Below the pieces are notes generated by a model, which was not told the DNA's origin, searched no databases, and saw nothing but the letters and a program-made list of their open reading frames with translations. A stretch of DNA of 64,000 nucleotides from Azolla caroliniana. Lineage: Eukaryota > Plantae > Polypodiophyta. Each line of letters begins with the position of its first letter. The first letter of the stretch is position 1. Shown here piece by piece: positions 1-15,480 of this stretch. The position numbers and the translations under genes were made by a program. The stretch spans positions 13,764,001 through 13,828,000 of the forward strand of contig JBHGNT010000020.1 in the NCBI GenBank assembly GCA_043228905.1, in the 5' to 3' direction.

Positions 1-700
1 TTCCAATTGTGTTGTAGACCCCAATAATGTAAAAATTGGAACAATATCTCCATCTCATCATTTGATCCATTTTGAACATATTGAGAAAAAACCCATTGTT
101 GAGGTCTCAAACAACAACAGGATAAAACTTGCCAAATGTCCAATAAGTACTTCCAAATGGTACATGCTATAGGACATTTAATGAACCTATGTGTACTATC
201 TTCCAATGGAACGGTGCAAAAGAAACAAGTGCTAGACCCTAGTCCTCGTCTCTTTAAGGCCGAACCTAATGGGAGCCCACCAATCATGACTCTCCATATG
301 AATTCCTTTGCACGAAATGATAGATGGGAATGCCAACCACGGTGTAATATTTTCCACCACCTTGCATCTGACTTATATACATTCCACAACTTCGTTGCTT
401 TAGGAGATAGCCAAGATAATGATGCCATCGCATGATGATACAATATATTTGGAGTGACATGTAACAAGCGTGTACCATCTTGTAACTGCCAATCTACCCA
501 AGGTGCAAAATTTATTTTCAAATGGCAAAGATCCTTGCAACAATGGTATATCTTGTAATTTCTCCCAAATAAATCCATAATTTGGGGGAATACATAACCA
601 TCTCTTGGCATCTTCAAAATTCGACAACCTTTGAGATTCATTATCAACCACATCTCTCTCTCTCCCCATAAATTGAATATTGTGTTCCTAAATCCTAGCT
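1..700 (-). mobile_element. Degenerate LINE (L1-like) 3' ORF2 remnant
   Basis: Positions 1-310 align by eye with 8381-8710. Minus-strand peptides in both copies look like the region downstream of LINE RT. There is no long ORF. Confidence 0.45.
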
Positions 701-715
701 CATTATCAAAATTTA

Positions 716-850
716 TTAGGTGGGTGATTGAGGTAAACGATTGATGGATCCAAAATCCCCAATCATTGTGTAAAGGAAGTGAATGGAAAACCTTACCCCT
801 TCATTAGGTGAATGATTGAAGTAAATGATTGGTTGGATCCAAAACCCCTA
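716..850. repeat. Short tandem duplication (~88 bp period)
   Basis: ttaggtg..tgattga.gtaaa.gattg..tggatccaaaa.cccc occurs at ~716 and ~804. Confidence 0.6.
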
Positions 851-1410
851 ATTGGTTAAACTGATCCTTCGAGGTTCTCTCTCTTATGTTGCGACTACAT
901 TGTTTATCATCACTAATGTTGGATCAATGTTTTTTTAAAGATCTCATCACAAACCCAATAACTAACAACCATTAGTTTGTCAAAAACACACAACAATATT
1001 AGCGTAATCAATGTTTAGAAATATCTTGGTTATACATGTGAACATTTAATATGTTTGCCAATGGAAAGCTAGCATCATGATATATTATTCGATGCATGTG
1101 TAACTTATTATCAACATTAGTGGTGAATCATGATGATCAACCAACAATTTTCATTTCATTCTTGGTAATCTTGAGTGATTTGATTTATGATAGTTGTATC
1201 AATTTTCATGAAATATATTTCTATATGAAACCACTACTGTCAATGACACATACCATGGTAACTATAGTGGGAAATTAATTAACTTGATGAATGCGAATAA
1301 TGAGTCACAACACAAACCATAAGGGAGTACGACACAAACATTGATGGAGATTGAGCTAATGACAACTACAATCATTGTTTCCCCCTATTCTTCAACATCA
1401 AACTTGCGTA

Positions 1411-1667
1411 GTACGTAAAATTTGTGTTCGTCTAGTATAACATTCGTTTTCCTACGTTGGAAAACGAATGCGAATGTTATTCAAACATTTTTGTGTTTTT
1501 TTTTTTGTTTTTTTCTCCTTTTTTAAAGTTTTTTTTTGTTTTTTTTAGGTTTATTTACCTCATAATAAATAGCTAATCCAAAGGTATGGTATTTACCATT
1601 CTTCGAGGGTGTTTACCATACTCGAATGATTGAAATTATGGTACGTATGGTTCATACTATGCATGAT
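1411..1667 (+). mobile_element. Small hairpin-rich non-autonomous repeat (MITE/Helentron-like), copy 1
   Basis: Hairpin cattcgttttcc-tacgtt-ggaaaacgaatg at 1441-1470. Motifs gtatggtatttaccat and cgtatggttcatactatg recur in reverse complement at 6971-7214. Confidence 0.6.
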
Positions 1668-3553
1668 CAAAGTCACTTCGCTCTATTTTTTTACTTTTCT
1701 CTTAAACCACCAATTTCTCCTCCCTAGTAAGTTTTACATTCCCGTAAGCTTTATATTCCCAAACTTTCATTGGGTTACATGTATACAAAGGCACAAATTT
1801 TTTCCCATTGCAAATAACAAACTCAATCCACTAAAAATAATCAAATAATTGCCATTATATGTGCATGATAATGAAGTAGTTACCTATCTCTTTATGGGAT
1901 ATGTTAACCATGAACATATCAGGTTTTATTTCTTGTCAGAGCTTCCTTTTTTTTCTGTAAGTTGTTTTTTGTCCGAGCATGATTGATTTTGCTAAAAACA
2001 AAAAACAAATTTAGGACAAGATTATATGTTGAATAGAAGCATTTAATTCAAAAGATAAGCAAGAAAGGTGCATTTCAACCAATAGCACATTCCAAATACT
2101 TAAAACTGGTCAACACAAAAGGTATAAGGTATAACATTGTGGATTGAAAATAGATGATAGAGATCACAATCATATATTTAAAAACAAGAAACATTTTATT
2201 TCAATGTCATGACAAGATACAAAATTTTGCAAGACCACTTCACAATAGAAGATATGAAAAGGTGATCGACACGTAATAATATACTAGAGCTATACATGAT
2301 ATATGCAACTTCCCAAAGTACGAAGGGGGCATATTGAGGTTAACATATAACAAAAATCCAATCTCAAAGGTTGCAACATAAACATCCCACATAAAACCTA
2401 CAAGATAGAAATAGAAATTAAATATATATGGTATATGCTAGTTTTCCTAAAATTACAGAATGTAAACTTATGAAGTTATGAGAATTCAAGACTCATTGGT
2501 TTGCAATTCAATTCTTGACGTTTGTTCCCACACTTGATTGTGGCCAAAGATGGCAAATATCCCATCATTACCAAAGAAAAAACAAAAACACCTTTTAGGA
2601 AAAGGAATGCTCTAGAGACCACAACAAAAAAAATACCAAGATATAGTAATAATGTAATTATATCATGTGATTGAAGAAATACGGAAACATACTGAGGTAT
2701 AATAACCTCGTTGGAATGTCGAACCATTGTAATAAAGCCCCACAACTATAATGAGACTCAATTGATGTAATTTGATAACATTCTTTTGGCACATGTTTGT
2801 GGAAAGTTGAAACTATTAATCCTTTTGAGGAGCCCAAGGTTGTGTCAGATACATGAAAATATGGAATATGTTCTTAACATTTTGAAAACTACAATACTGT
2901 TTTTTGTTTTTACTATCAACAAATTCTTACTATGAAAACATTACTTTTAAATTGATAATATCGTGAATTTCAAATGGTAGAGTATAGTAAGTGGAGAAAA
3001 AACATTTTACCACAATTGTACAAGAAACACAAATAACTATTTTCAATTTTATTTTGGGGAAATTTGTGTCCTGAAGATTCAATTACAAAATAAGACATTA
3101 TGTCCAAAGTATGCAAGGTTATTCAGTCATGGGCCATGGCCTCTTGACTTTAGAGATAGCAATGATTAAGAAATCATAAGAGAAAGGAAAGCATTCATAA
3201 ATGATGGCAAATTATAAATATCATGCAACTTTAAAAAAGAAAGCATTTGACATGAAATTATTTTTCTCCATCATATAATCTCTTGATTGCAAAAGTAATG
3301 GAATAACACTTAGAAGTTCATACGATAGATAGCAATAATTCATAGACAATGAATGACAAGACTCCCAAATATCATGCAACTTCCGTAGAGAAAACATCTT
3401 GCAAGGTATTGTTTCTCTCTCTCATAGCCAAAGAGCTAAGAAATGAAGAAATGTTTACAAGTGACAACGGCTATACAAAGAAAAGAGTATGAAGGTTTTG
3501 AAAGGATGTTTTTGGATCCAAGGAACATAGTGCAGTCATAAGATTCGTCGTGC

Positions 3554-6807
<3,254 letters not shown>

Positions 6808-6922
6808 GGATTCTTCTTCGTCACCAAATCAAGGGATTTTGCAGAACCGCACTCCTCCTGCTCTTGACAAAACAAAAAATAGAAAAGAAGAAGAAAAAGA
6901 AACCTGCTCCTGCTCCTTCTGT

Positions 6923-6923
<1 letters not shown>

Positions 6924-6954
<31 letters not shown>
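6924..6954. repeat. (CT)n microsatellite upstream of ALDH3
   Basis: Perfect CT run. Confidence 0.9.
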
Positions 6955-6955
<1 letters not shown>

Positions 6956-6970
6956 ACCCTCCTCTGTTCC

Positions 6971-7214
6971 GATCATAGTATGAACCATACGCGTATGTTA
7001 TTTATCATACTCCCTCCAAGTATGGTAAATACCATACGTTTGTATTCATTATTTATTATAATTTATAAGGTAACTTTTGTATTCGTTATTTTTTTTTCGA
7101 GGTAAGAATGTTAAAAGGTAAAAAGTATTATTATTTTTAAACGTAAGAATGTTTTTGATAACATACGCATTCGTTTGAATGCGTATGAAAAAGAATGTTC
7201 GAGTATATTACGTA
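6971..7214 (-). mobile_element. Small hairpin-rich non-autonomous repeat, copy 2, in the ALDH3 promoter/5' region
   Basis: Reverse-complement homologue of 1411-1667, flanked on both sides by (CT)n-a(a/g)ccctcctctgttccga. Confidence 0.6.
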
Positions 7215-8189
7215 CTCTCTCTCTCTCTAGCCCTCCTCTGTTCCGACAGCGACTGAGAATAAAAGTGTAGAAAAGACAGAAGGAACCAGCGAAATGACAC
7301 GTGGGTCTTATTTAGAGCGGAGCCTCCTTTTCTCGGATTCGAACTCGGGTCTCTTGACAAATAATTGGGTAAAGCTCTTCTTAAAACTCTATTTCCCTTC
7401 CAAATTTAATTTTTTACCCTAATCATAAACTTGTTAAGACTAAGGGCAAATAGTCTCGGGTTCGAAAACCCAACTTCCTCGCCTCTTCGTTTCTCCTATA
7501 CATATGTATACATACATGTATAATACATATCAAATGGGTAGACTTGTCGTTTCTTTCTATCCATTTCAAGAACAAAAAACAACCCCACTTCGTTTCTCTC
7601 GCTCTCTCCTTTCGAGACGTCTCATTGCTTTCCTCCATGCCATGCCCCCCCCCCCCCCCCATCCCTTTTCCTTTCCATGGGTCCCTCTTGAAGGTTCATG
7701 TATCGTCATTGCTGCCACTTTACGTATTACTTACACCACAATTATATTAATAATTGTGTTTCGAAAACACTACAATGGTTATCACAATTGAGTGGTGTCA
7801 TTGCAACTGGGGTAGTAGGGCATGTTGAATCACTAATAGGCAAGAGAATCTCTCTCTCTCTCTCTCTCTCCTTGGTAGTTTCTCTAGTATAGCATCAAAG
7901 TCATAATTTTGAGAGAACTCAAGTTCACTCCTCACCAAGGACTAGGCCTTGTCTCATAGATCATTATCGGTCTCTCGTGGTGGACATGAAAAAGATATAT
8001 ATCTATCTCTCGCTAGGTAGGATAAACGCATCGATAAATTTTGTGTACTTAGGCCCCTTGGGTTAATATTGGGCTCTATATGGATCTAACAAAAAGCAAA
8101 AAGTCTTATCTCTCTCATCTCTTCTTTATCATTATTTGGTAAATTGGTAGAAGCACACAATTATATTAATTGTATGTAAAATCCACTTG

Positions 8190-8710
8190 TTACAACTTTG
8201 TAGTCTTCTACCTATGTAGAGAGAGGGATGTCTTGTAAAGCTAATATAAAACTTGAATATGCACTTGAGAAAGTATCCCCACATACTCTAACATCCAAAA
8301 ATTCCAAATAAGAATGCCTTTCAACTTCTTCATAGGCTTTCACCCCATGTCTACTATCAAACATGAAAGCATTACATATATTCCAATTGTGTTGTAGTCC
8401 CCAATATCGTAAAAATTTGAACAATATCTCCAGCTTGTCATTTAGACCATTTTGAACATATTAAGAAAAAACCCATTGTTGAGGCCTCAAATAACAATGG
8501 CTTGCCAAATGTTCAATAAGTACTTCCAAATTATACATGCAATAGGACATTTAATGAGCCTATGTATACTGTGGCGGTAGGGGCCTAATTTGGCCATAGT
8601 ACTGTCCTCCAATAAAAACGGTGCAAAAGAAGCACGTACCTAATCCTAATCCTCATTTCTTTAAGGTCAAACCTAATGGGAGCCCACTAATCATGATTCT
8701 CCATATGAAT
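8190..8710 (-). mobile_element. Degenerate LINE 3' remnant
   Basis: Homologous to 1-310. The peptide FLRYWGLQHNWNICNAFMFD resembles the LINE C-terminal W.IW..RN..F motif. Confidence 0.5.
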
Positions 8711-9719
8711 ACCTTTCTCATCTCATCTTTGTCTCTCTCATCGTGACTTAACTTGCGATTGACTTCCAATCCCCTCGGAATGGATCAACACCACCAATAT
8801 TAACTCATAAAGAACATTGGATTTTGTCTTAGAATCCTACCATTATTAATTAACTCACACTACCGAGCTACTTATCTATAGACATATCCACATGATGAAT
8901 ATGATGACTTGTCACCTTACATAATTGTTGCTTTTCATGTGATAGATCCTCCCACCATTCCAACAATGAAATTCCCACAAGAGGAACAAGCGTGTTTTCT
9001 CATTGTCTTTATTTTTGTGAAAATCTAGAGTTGCCACATAAGTATGCCTTCCACTTTGTAATGTACGTATTGGCTCTCTAATCATCTACCTCTCTTGGTG
9101 AAAACACACACAATTATATTTCCTTCCCTTAGTTGTAAGTTGTCACACTACATTATATTCAAAGGTGAAGTTTTTAAAGACATTATATGTCTACGTATCT
9201 CTCTCTCTAGATTCACTATCTTTTAATTATTATTATTTTAATTCTTTTACATTTTCTCTCTTAGGTCGCAAATCTCTCTCTAGATTCTCTATCTTTTAGT
9301 TGTTTCTCTAGATATTCTATTTTTTATAAGAATTCAAGACAATATTTTGGGTTGTAATGCCATGTTTTGTCTTTTGGAAACATCAATATACACTTTTACA
9401 TGTGCTATACCTTTTTTTGAAACGAAAACTTGACTTTAAAGTCCTTTGCATGTAGAGGAATTGCATATAGAGTTTTAAAACCTTCCAACAATTGAGAGAC
9501 ACTTCAACAAATCACTTTACTAAATTTTGGTCAATGCTCATTAAATTCAATTTAATTTTGATTTATCATAATTAACTTATTTTAATGGTTAGTTGTTAAC
9601 CGGTTAATCACATGCCTTTGGTTCGAGGCTTGTATTTCATACCTCTTTATTGCATGATACATATTTTAAATCTCTCTCTCTCTCTATTCGTAAATCAATG
9701 TTTATTATTAAAACAAAAT

Positions 9720-11550
9720 GATAATACAACCCTTGCTATTTTCATTACTTCATAGATAGTCATAGTGCAAGGGAAACCCTCTCAACTGTTGCAAAACTAG
9801 ATGACATACCTCTATCTCCTCTTGGGACAACGTCCCCATACAACATAGTTGTGAAAATTGCCAAATCAACTTCCTTATCCTGCAGAGGAGTTGTTTTACC
9901 CCATGAATTCAATCAAACAAGAACTCATTTTTCATGATCCAATTAAACCACATCCCCCAATACCTAAGGTAATCAAACACGACCTTATATGATGGTGTGG
10001 ACATGTCTTTATCGTCAACAATAAAAACCCACTTAAAAGGTGATAAAACATTTCATGTTATCGATGCCCAAATTTGTGATATAACCACCCAAATGGCTTT
10101 AGCAAAAGAACATGTAATGAACCTATGTTTGACATCTTCATCATCCACCGTGAAAAAAAAACATGTCACATTCGAAATATGTCTTCACGTTAAGGCCATC
10201 GCCAAAGGCAACCCATCAACTACCACACGACAAAGAAACATCTTTGCAAGGAATGGAAGATGAGACTGCCATCTTGCATTGAAGACTCTATGCCACCACT
10301 TTACATGTCGAATAATGTAACATGTATCCAAAACCTTATTTGCTAACCAAGCTCTATCTTCAACCAACTTATGGTATATATTACTAGTGTGCACCACAAA
10401 AAATCGATTGTCCAATACCAAATGACCAATCTTTCCACGGGTCCTCGACCACCATCTCTAGAATCAGGAAAACTAATCTAGGCAATGCTAAATTATATTG
10501 ATTGCCAAATATACCCATATCCATGTGGTATATGAAACTTATTTCTAATTGTCCGAAAGGCCATCATTTTCCTACGTGACTCTAAGATGCCATCTTCCAT
10601 AGTTACCAAACCCAACCTTGCCATTCGATTGAATTGTGTATTTAGACTTTCTTTTCCATCCCAATGTAATATCCTTGAAGTTGCCAACACCTCTACTACC
10701 AAGGAATTAATATCATTACTACACTCATGGGGCTTCCAATTAAACAATTTCAAACATCATTGCCAAGAAAGCATTAATTGTTGAACCATGATAGATTTTG
10801 AGCATTTAAATGCCCGGGTAATATTAATAACACGCCACCACGATGCTGTAATTTTGGTTTTCCCATGTTATATACCAACCTTTTCCACAAAATAACTTAT
10901 TTCTACCCAAGGTTGGGTACCTATGCACATACCTTTCAACAGATTGAATTTTCTAACCGTTTTGGGATACAAATATTGTTCCATGATACCCAACTCATAC
11001 CAAGTTTTGATTCTTTCTTCCACAATGTATATTTAAGTGAATGAGCTAATTGATCAAGTGATTTCTTTGTCCAGGGTAACAATGGCAAAAAATAAGAAAT
11101 TATTGGAATCATAATAGCTTGTACCACTTTGAGACGAGTACTAAACGACCATGCTTGAGACTCCCAATACATAAATTTGTCTAAAATGGTCCTCGATATC
11201 CAGTTCAAACTTTGAGACAATGAGATGTCAACACCAATAGGGCAACCTAAGTGCTGACACACATTCCCTTGATCCAATATTTGGCCACACCATCCAAGAT
11301 CAACCAAATTACTCATAGTACATCTAATGAGCATGACTTCCACATATTTATATGTAATCTTGACGCCAATGTGAACACATTCCATACCTCCATGGGTTTT
11401 GCTATATTATCAAGTTTCGCTTTCAGAAATAAAAACGAATCATTGGCCAATGCTTGCGCTAGCAATTGTTTCCATGATGGTAGATCTAGTCCAACTATTT
11501 CTCCACATGTTGCCAACTCATGTATCTTCACCAAAATTGGGTGTGTAGCT
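9720..11550 (-). mobile_element. L1-like LINE ORF2 remnant (RT C-terminal region)
   Basis: ORF 10936-11385 HLGCPIG...WESQAWSFSTRLKVVQAIM...WVSWNNICIPK is typical of plant L1 ORF2. It is broken by stops and frameshifts. Confidence 0.8.
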
Positions 11551-11589
11551 AGCGAGCGAGCCTCTCTCTCTCTCTCTCTCTCTTCGTAA

Positions 11590-11778
11590 TTAGCTTACCC
11601 TAGTGGTAAGTTGTTAACACTACAAGCACTACGTCTTGAGTTCGAAACCCAATTTTCTCACTTCTCTCTATTATATACTTCATATATATCTCTTAATTCA
11701 CTAGATGCCACTCTGGAATGTAGGGGTTGAACCCATGACCACCTAGTCTCCATTGGGAAACCTTACCAACGGAGCTCG
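11590..11778. other. Two convergent tRNA-like (A/B-box) modules, SINE/MITE-derived
   Basis: Plus: ctagtggtaag...gagttcgaaacc (11600-11650). Minus: gagctccgttggt...gggttcaacccc (11722-11776). Neither forms a full cloverleaf. Confidence 0.5.
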
Positions 11779-11794
11779 CTCTCTCTCTCTCTCT

Positions 11795-11836
<42 letters not shown>
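11779..11836. repeat. Compound (CT)n(CA)n microsatellite
   Basis: Visible directly. Confidence 0.9.
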
Positions 11837-11837
<1 letters not shown>

Positions 11838-12899
11838 TGTGCATATCCCAATTATAACGCAATCTCCAATATCTCAAAAAGAGAGAAACATTCTTCATCT
11901 CTCATCTCTTATAAACTATGGAAACACCCATGTCTTGGCATCAAATGACAACGTGAAAAAACTTGTTAAATATGAAAGCTTGAGCTCCCTTTTGTAACTT
12001 GAGCTAGAGCTTTCTCATCCCCTCTTACTCTCTTTTCATATTAACCAATTATTAGTACATGAGCTTCTAAGCTCCACACTAATCACTCTTTCCCCAAGTA
12101 TGTGTTAAGTGGTGATTACTTAATGATCGAGGTGTATTTTATAACAGGATGTTATGTGTGTTGCATGCTTGTCTTAATCTAGTTAATGTTAAAACTTATA
12201 TCAAATCTTAGTTAACCTCCTATTAAGATGAGGTTGATGGGAGTTCACCAAGTAAGGGTGCACGATACTAGTGGCTCAAGGATGATTGAAAATTGTCCTC
12301 TCATGGTTTGCTGCCTCTAGGGTAGACACACCTCTAGACCTTTTGGCAACGATTCGAAATTCTAATGAAGCGAGAGAACCCTTCGCATAACACATAGGCG
12401 TGTCGTCGGTGCAAATCACTTAGCATTGACACGTCTATTTTAGTGCCGCTACCGAGGAGTCAAGTTCGATGCTTGAGCTCTTCAATGACTCTTTCGTGAG
12501 ATCCCGAGGAAGTTCAAGATAAGGGAAGCCACGAGTGATTGTGAGGTAAAATGATCACTCGTTATTATCAGTTGATGATTAGTTTGCTAATAATTGGTTA
12601 AACATTGGGAATTTGTGTGTGATTAATTTTACTAGTTAGGTTCTGATTATTTATTGTGTGATTTATTTTCATTTAATTTTCGAAGTTAACTATTGTGTGC
12701 CATTTTTGCTATTTTACCTTATATTTAGAAATTTGACTCAAAATTTGGCTCTTGTTTTTATCATTATCAATATATTAAGTTGTCTGTCATTTCAAGTTAA
12801 CTCCTTAAGTACAAAGATTTAAGGAATGAAAGATTCCTTAAAATTACAACGTCATATTATAACATTAATAAATTGCCTTTTTAAGTTGTTGATGTCATA

Positions 12900-13095
12900 T
12901 GAAGCTACAAAGCTCGATTTGAGTTTAAAAGCTCAATACTTCAAAAGCTCAAAGCTCCAAATCTTGAGGCTTCAAACCTTGAAGCTTCAAAATCTCAAAG
13001 CTTCAAACCACGAGGCTTGAAATCTCGAAGCTTCAAAACACAAAGCTTCAAACCTTGAAGCTCTAGATCCTAGACACCAAGATTCAAGATTTAAA
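12900..13095. repeat. Degenerate ~17 bp tandem array (aagcttcaaa.yyt.g)
   Basis: Repeated aagcttcaaaaccttg / aagcttcaaaatctc units. Confidence 0.7.
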
Positions 13096-13426
13096 CTTAT
13101 AATCTAAGACATCTCCTTGCTTTTATACCCACGCAAATCAAATATGTCCAATGGGAAGACAACTTAGGCATAGAACAAGTAGCTTTAGAATGGGATCTCT
13201 TGGAGGTCATTGTGGAGCTAAGAGCTATAAACAAAGAAGTCAAGATATGGTAATCCAAACTGGCCAAACATGGGAGACCCAATACGAAAACCAAACACGA
13301 TAGGAGGTTTGTTGTTGGGGCCATAGGAATTTCAACCCGAGATCAATGAGTTCACCCATTCTCTCAACACGAAGATCGGCACCTCAACTTCCTAAAACTC
13401 TCTCTCAATTATATCATCCCTCCTTT

Positions 13427-14749
13427 TGTACCATGTGTGTGACAGGTATGGAGGTTGATTACAATGGCCTGCATGTAACGAATGAATGAATTGCTCTTAG
13501 GGATGTAAATATTAACAATGTGTTTCCTTGTTGCTCTCTTTGCATGCTTGGCAATATTAACAATGGTATGTTGACAATGCATGCTTGGCAATGGTCATAA
13601 GGCAGAGTTGGCAAATTAATCTAGAACTTAATGCACATGTATGATGTTATCGTGATGTAGCGTGTCCATGGTGAGAAAAAGTGGCCATTAAGTGGGTTCA
13701 AAGAGGTCCAAAGTTCAAGTCTCTGCCAATGCATTAAAAATAATAACTTTTTATTCCCTTTTCTTTTGGGCCAAGGTAATATTAAATTCATGAAATGTCG
13801 AATATAGGTCTCTCATTTTCCTCCATAAAAGGGGGAGAAGAGGGCTTATTTTGGAGTCAACATTTTGTTGTTTTGAGGTAGAACATTAGGGTTTATTTCT
13901 CTTCTCAGTCTTCTTCCTTTCAAGGGCTTGTGGTCCCTCATCCTATGTTGGAGGGCACCATTAGGGTTTTGGTTTAAGGTCTTCCTCTTCCTATTCGATT
14001 AGGGTTTCCTCTTCTTGTGGGTTTGGGTTTTTCTTGTAGTCATAATCGTTTGTGCTTAATCGCTAGCCAATTCTTGTAGTCATTGCCATTTGTGCTTAAT
14101 CACTTAGTCTGAGCGGATTCTTGTAAAAACCACTGAATTGTGGTGCTAAGCCGATTGTTGTTAAAAGCCCTAATTTTTGTATCATAAATCGTGTATATTC
14201 TTTCCTTACGATTTTGTCTTAATCTCGCATATGGTTCGCAAATCGAGTGCTAATCACATCAAACCCTAACATTGTCAATGAATTGAATGCTAACGCGGTC
14301 GAAAGCCGTCGAATCACCCTCTGACTCCCTAGTGCATGACCCCATGGTCCCGCCCAATCCGACCTGCAAGCGTGAATATTCACGACAACGTTAAAACCCA
14401 TATAAAGTTCTAATGTGGTTGTGGGGGATCACACCACTGATGGAATTTGTTTGGTGTAGAGCGTTGTCGCCCAATTGACAGGTTGTGGTTTGTGTGTCTA
14501 TATGATGACTTTCTGTTTGACATGTTGAACTTTGTTAAATTGTGGCACTTCACTAACATATGTGATAGCATGGCAAAGCTAATATAGGTGTATAGGAATC
14601 TTGAGGAAACATCGTGGAATCTTTGCCTTTATATCACTTGTTAGTCAAGCCATCCCAACCAGGGCTCCTAGCATTAGGAAGTTTCCTTAAAATTGTGCAA
14701 CCCTCCTCTATGAAATTTGCATCAAACTCATGATTAAGGGGGTTGTACA
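13427..14749. mobile_element. Probable LTR-derived dispersed repeat
   Basis: Begins tgtac and ends gtaca. Segment 14120-14230 is similar to 58670-58780. No TSD was found and the boundaries are uncertain. Confidence 0.35.
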
Positions 14750-15304
14750 CAATAAATCAAACAACATCACAATATTCGCTACGTGCTTTAATCACCTCAT
14801 TTGTCATAAATAATTGCAAGCCAAGCAACTTCTTAAAATAATCAACATATATTGTAGTTATTGTCGTCAAGAACACTATAAATTCATGCCCTTGCATTAG
14901 ATTGAGTGTAAGCAGGATAGATGGAATATTCAATTCTATGGTGTAGGATAACTATTAAATGTGTTATAACTTGACCAATTCACATTACGTAGTCACGTGT
15001 GAACACACTATATGCCTAGGGTTTCTGCCTATATAAGAAGGCTAGCTACCTTCTTTTTTACGGAGGCTTGACTTCTGTTGAAACTTGAGACTATGACGAT
15101 GTGGCTATGGCTCTTGTTAGCTAAGCATGTGCGATCTTTGCAGGACCTAAGGTACAAATCACATCAACCCTTGATGTTATGGGACATCGAGGAGGTTTGG
15201 GTCCATCTCATGTCATTGCTAGGGGGTTGTTAGATGGTTTGTCAACCGTCTTTCCTTTCTTTGGTTTATAATTCCTTTTGTTTTTCTCAATTAATTAGTT
15301 AGAC

Positions 15305-15480
15305 TCTAACAATAGAGAACTTTAGAAAAAAAAAAGAGATTGGCATTGATTATCAATAAACTCATCCTTAAGTTGTCACATCTTAACATAACTACGGAGA
15401 ACTTTAAAAAACAAATGAGATTGACATTGCTTATTAATAAACTCATCCTTAAGTTGTCACATCTTAACACAACGATAACT
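15305..15480. repeat. Tandem duplication, ~81 bp period
   Basis: aataaactcatccttaagttgtcacatcttaaca occurs at ~15355 and ~15436. Confidence 0.8.
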
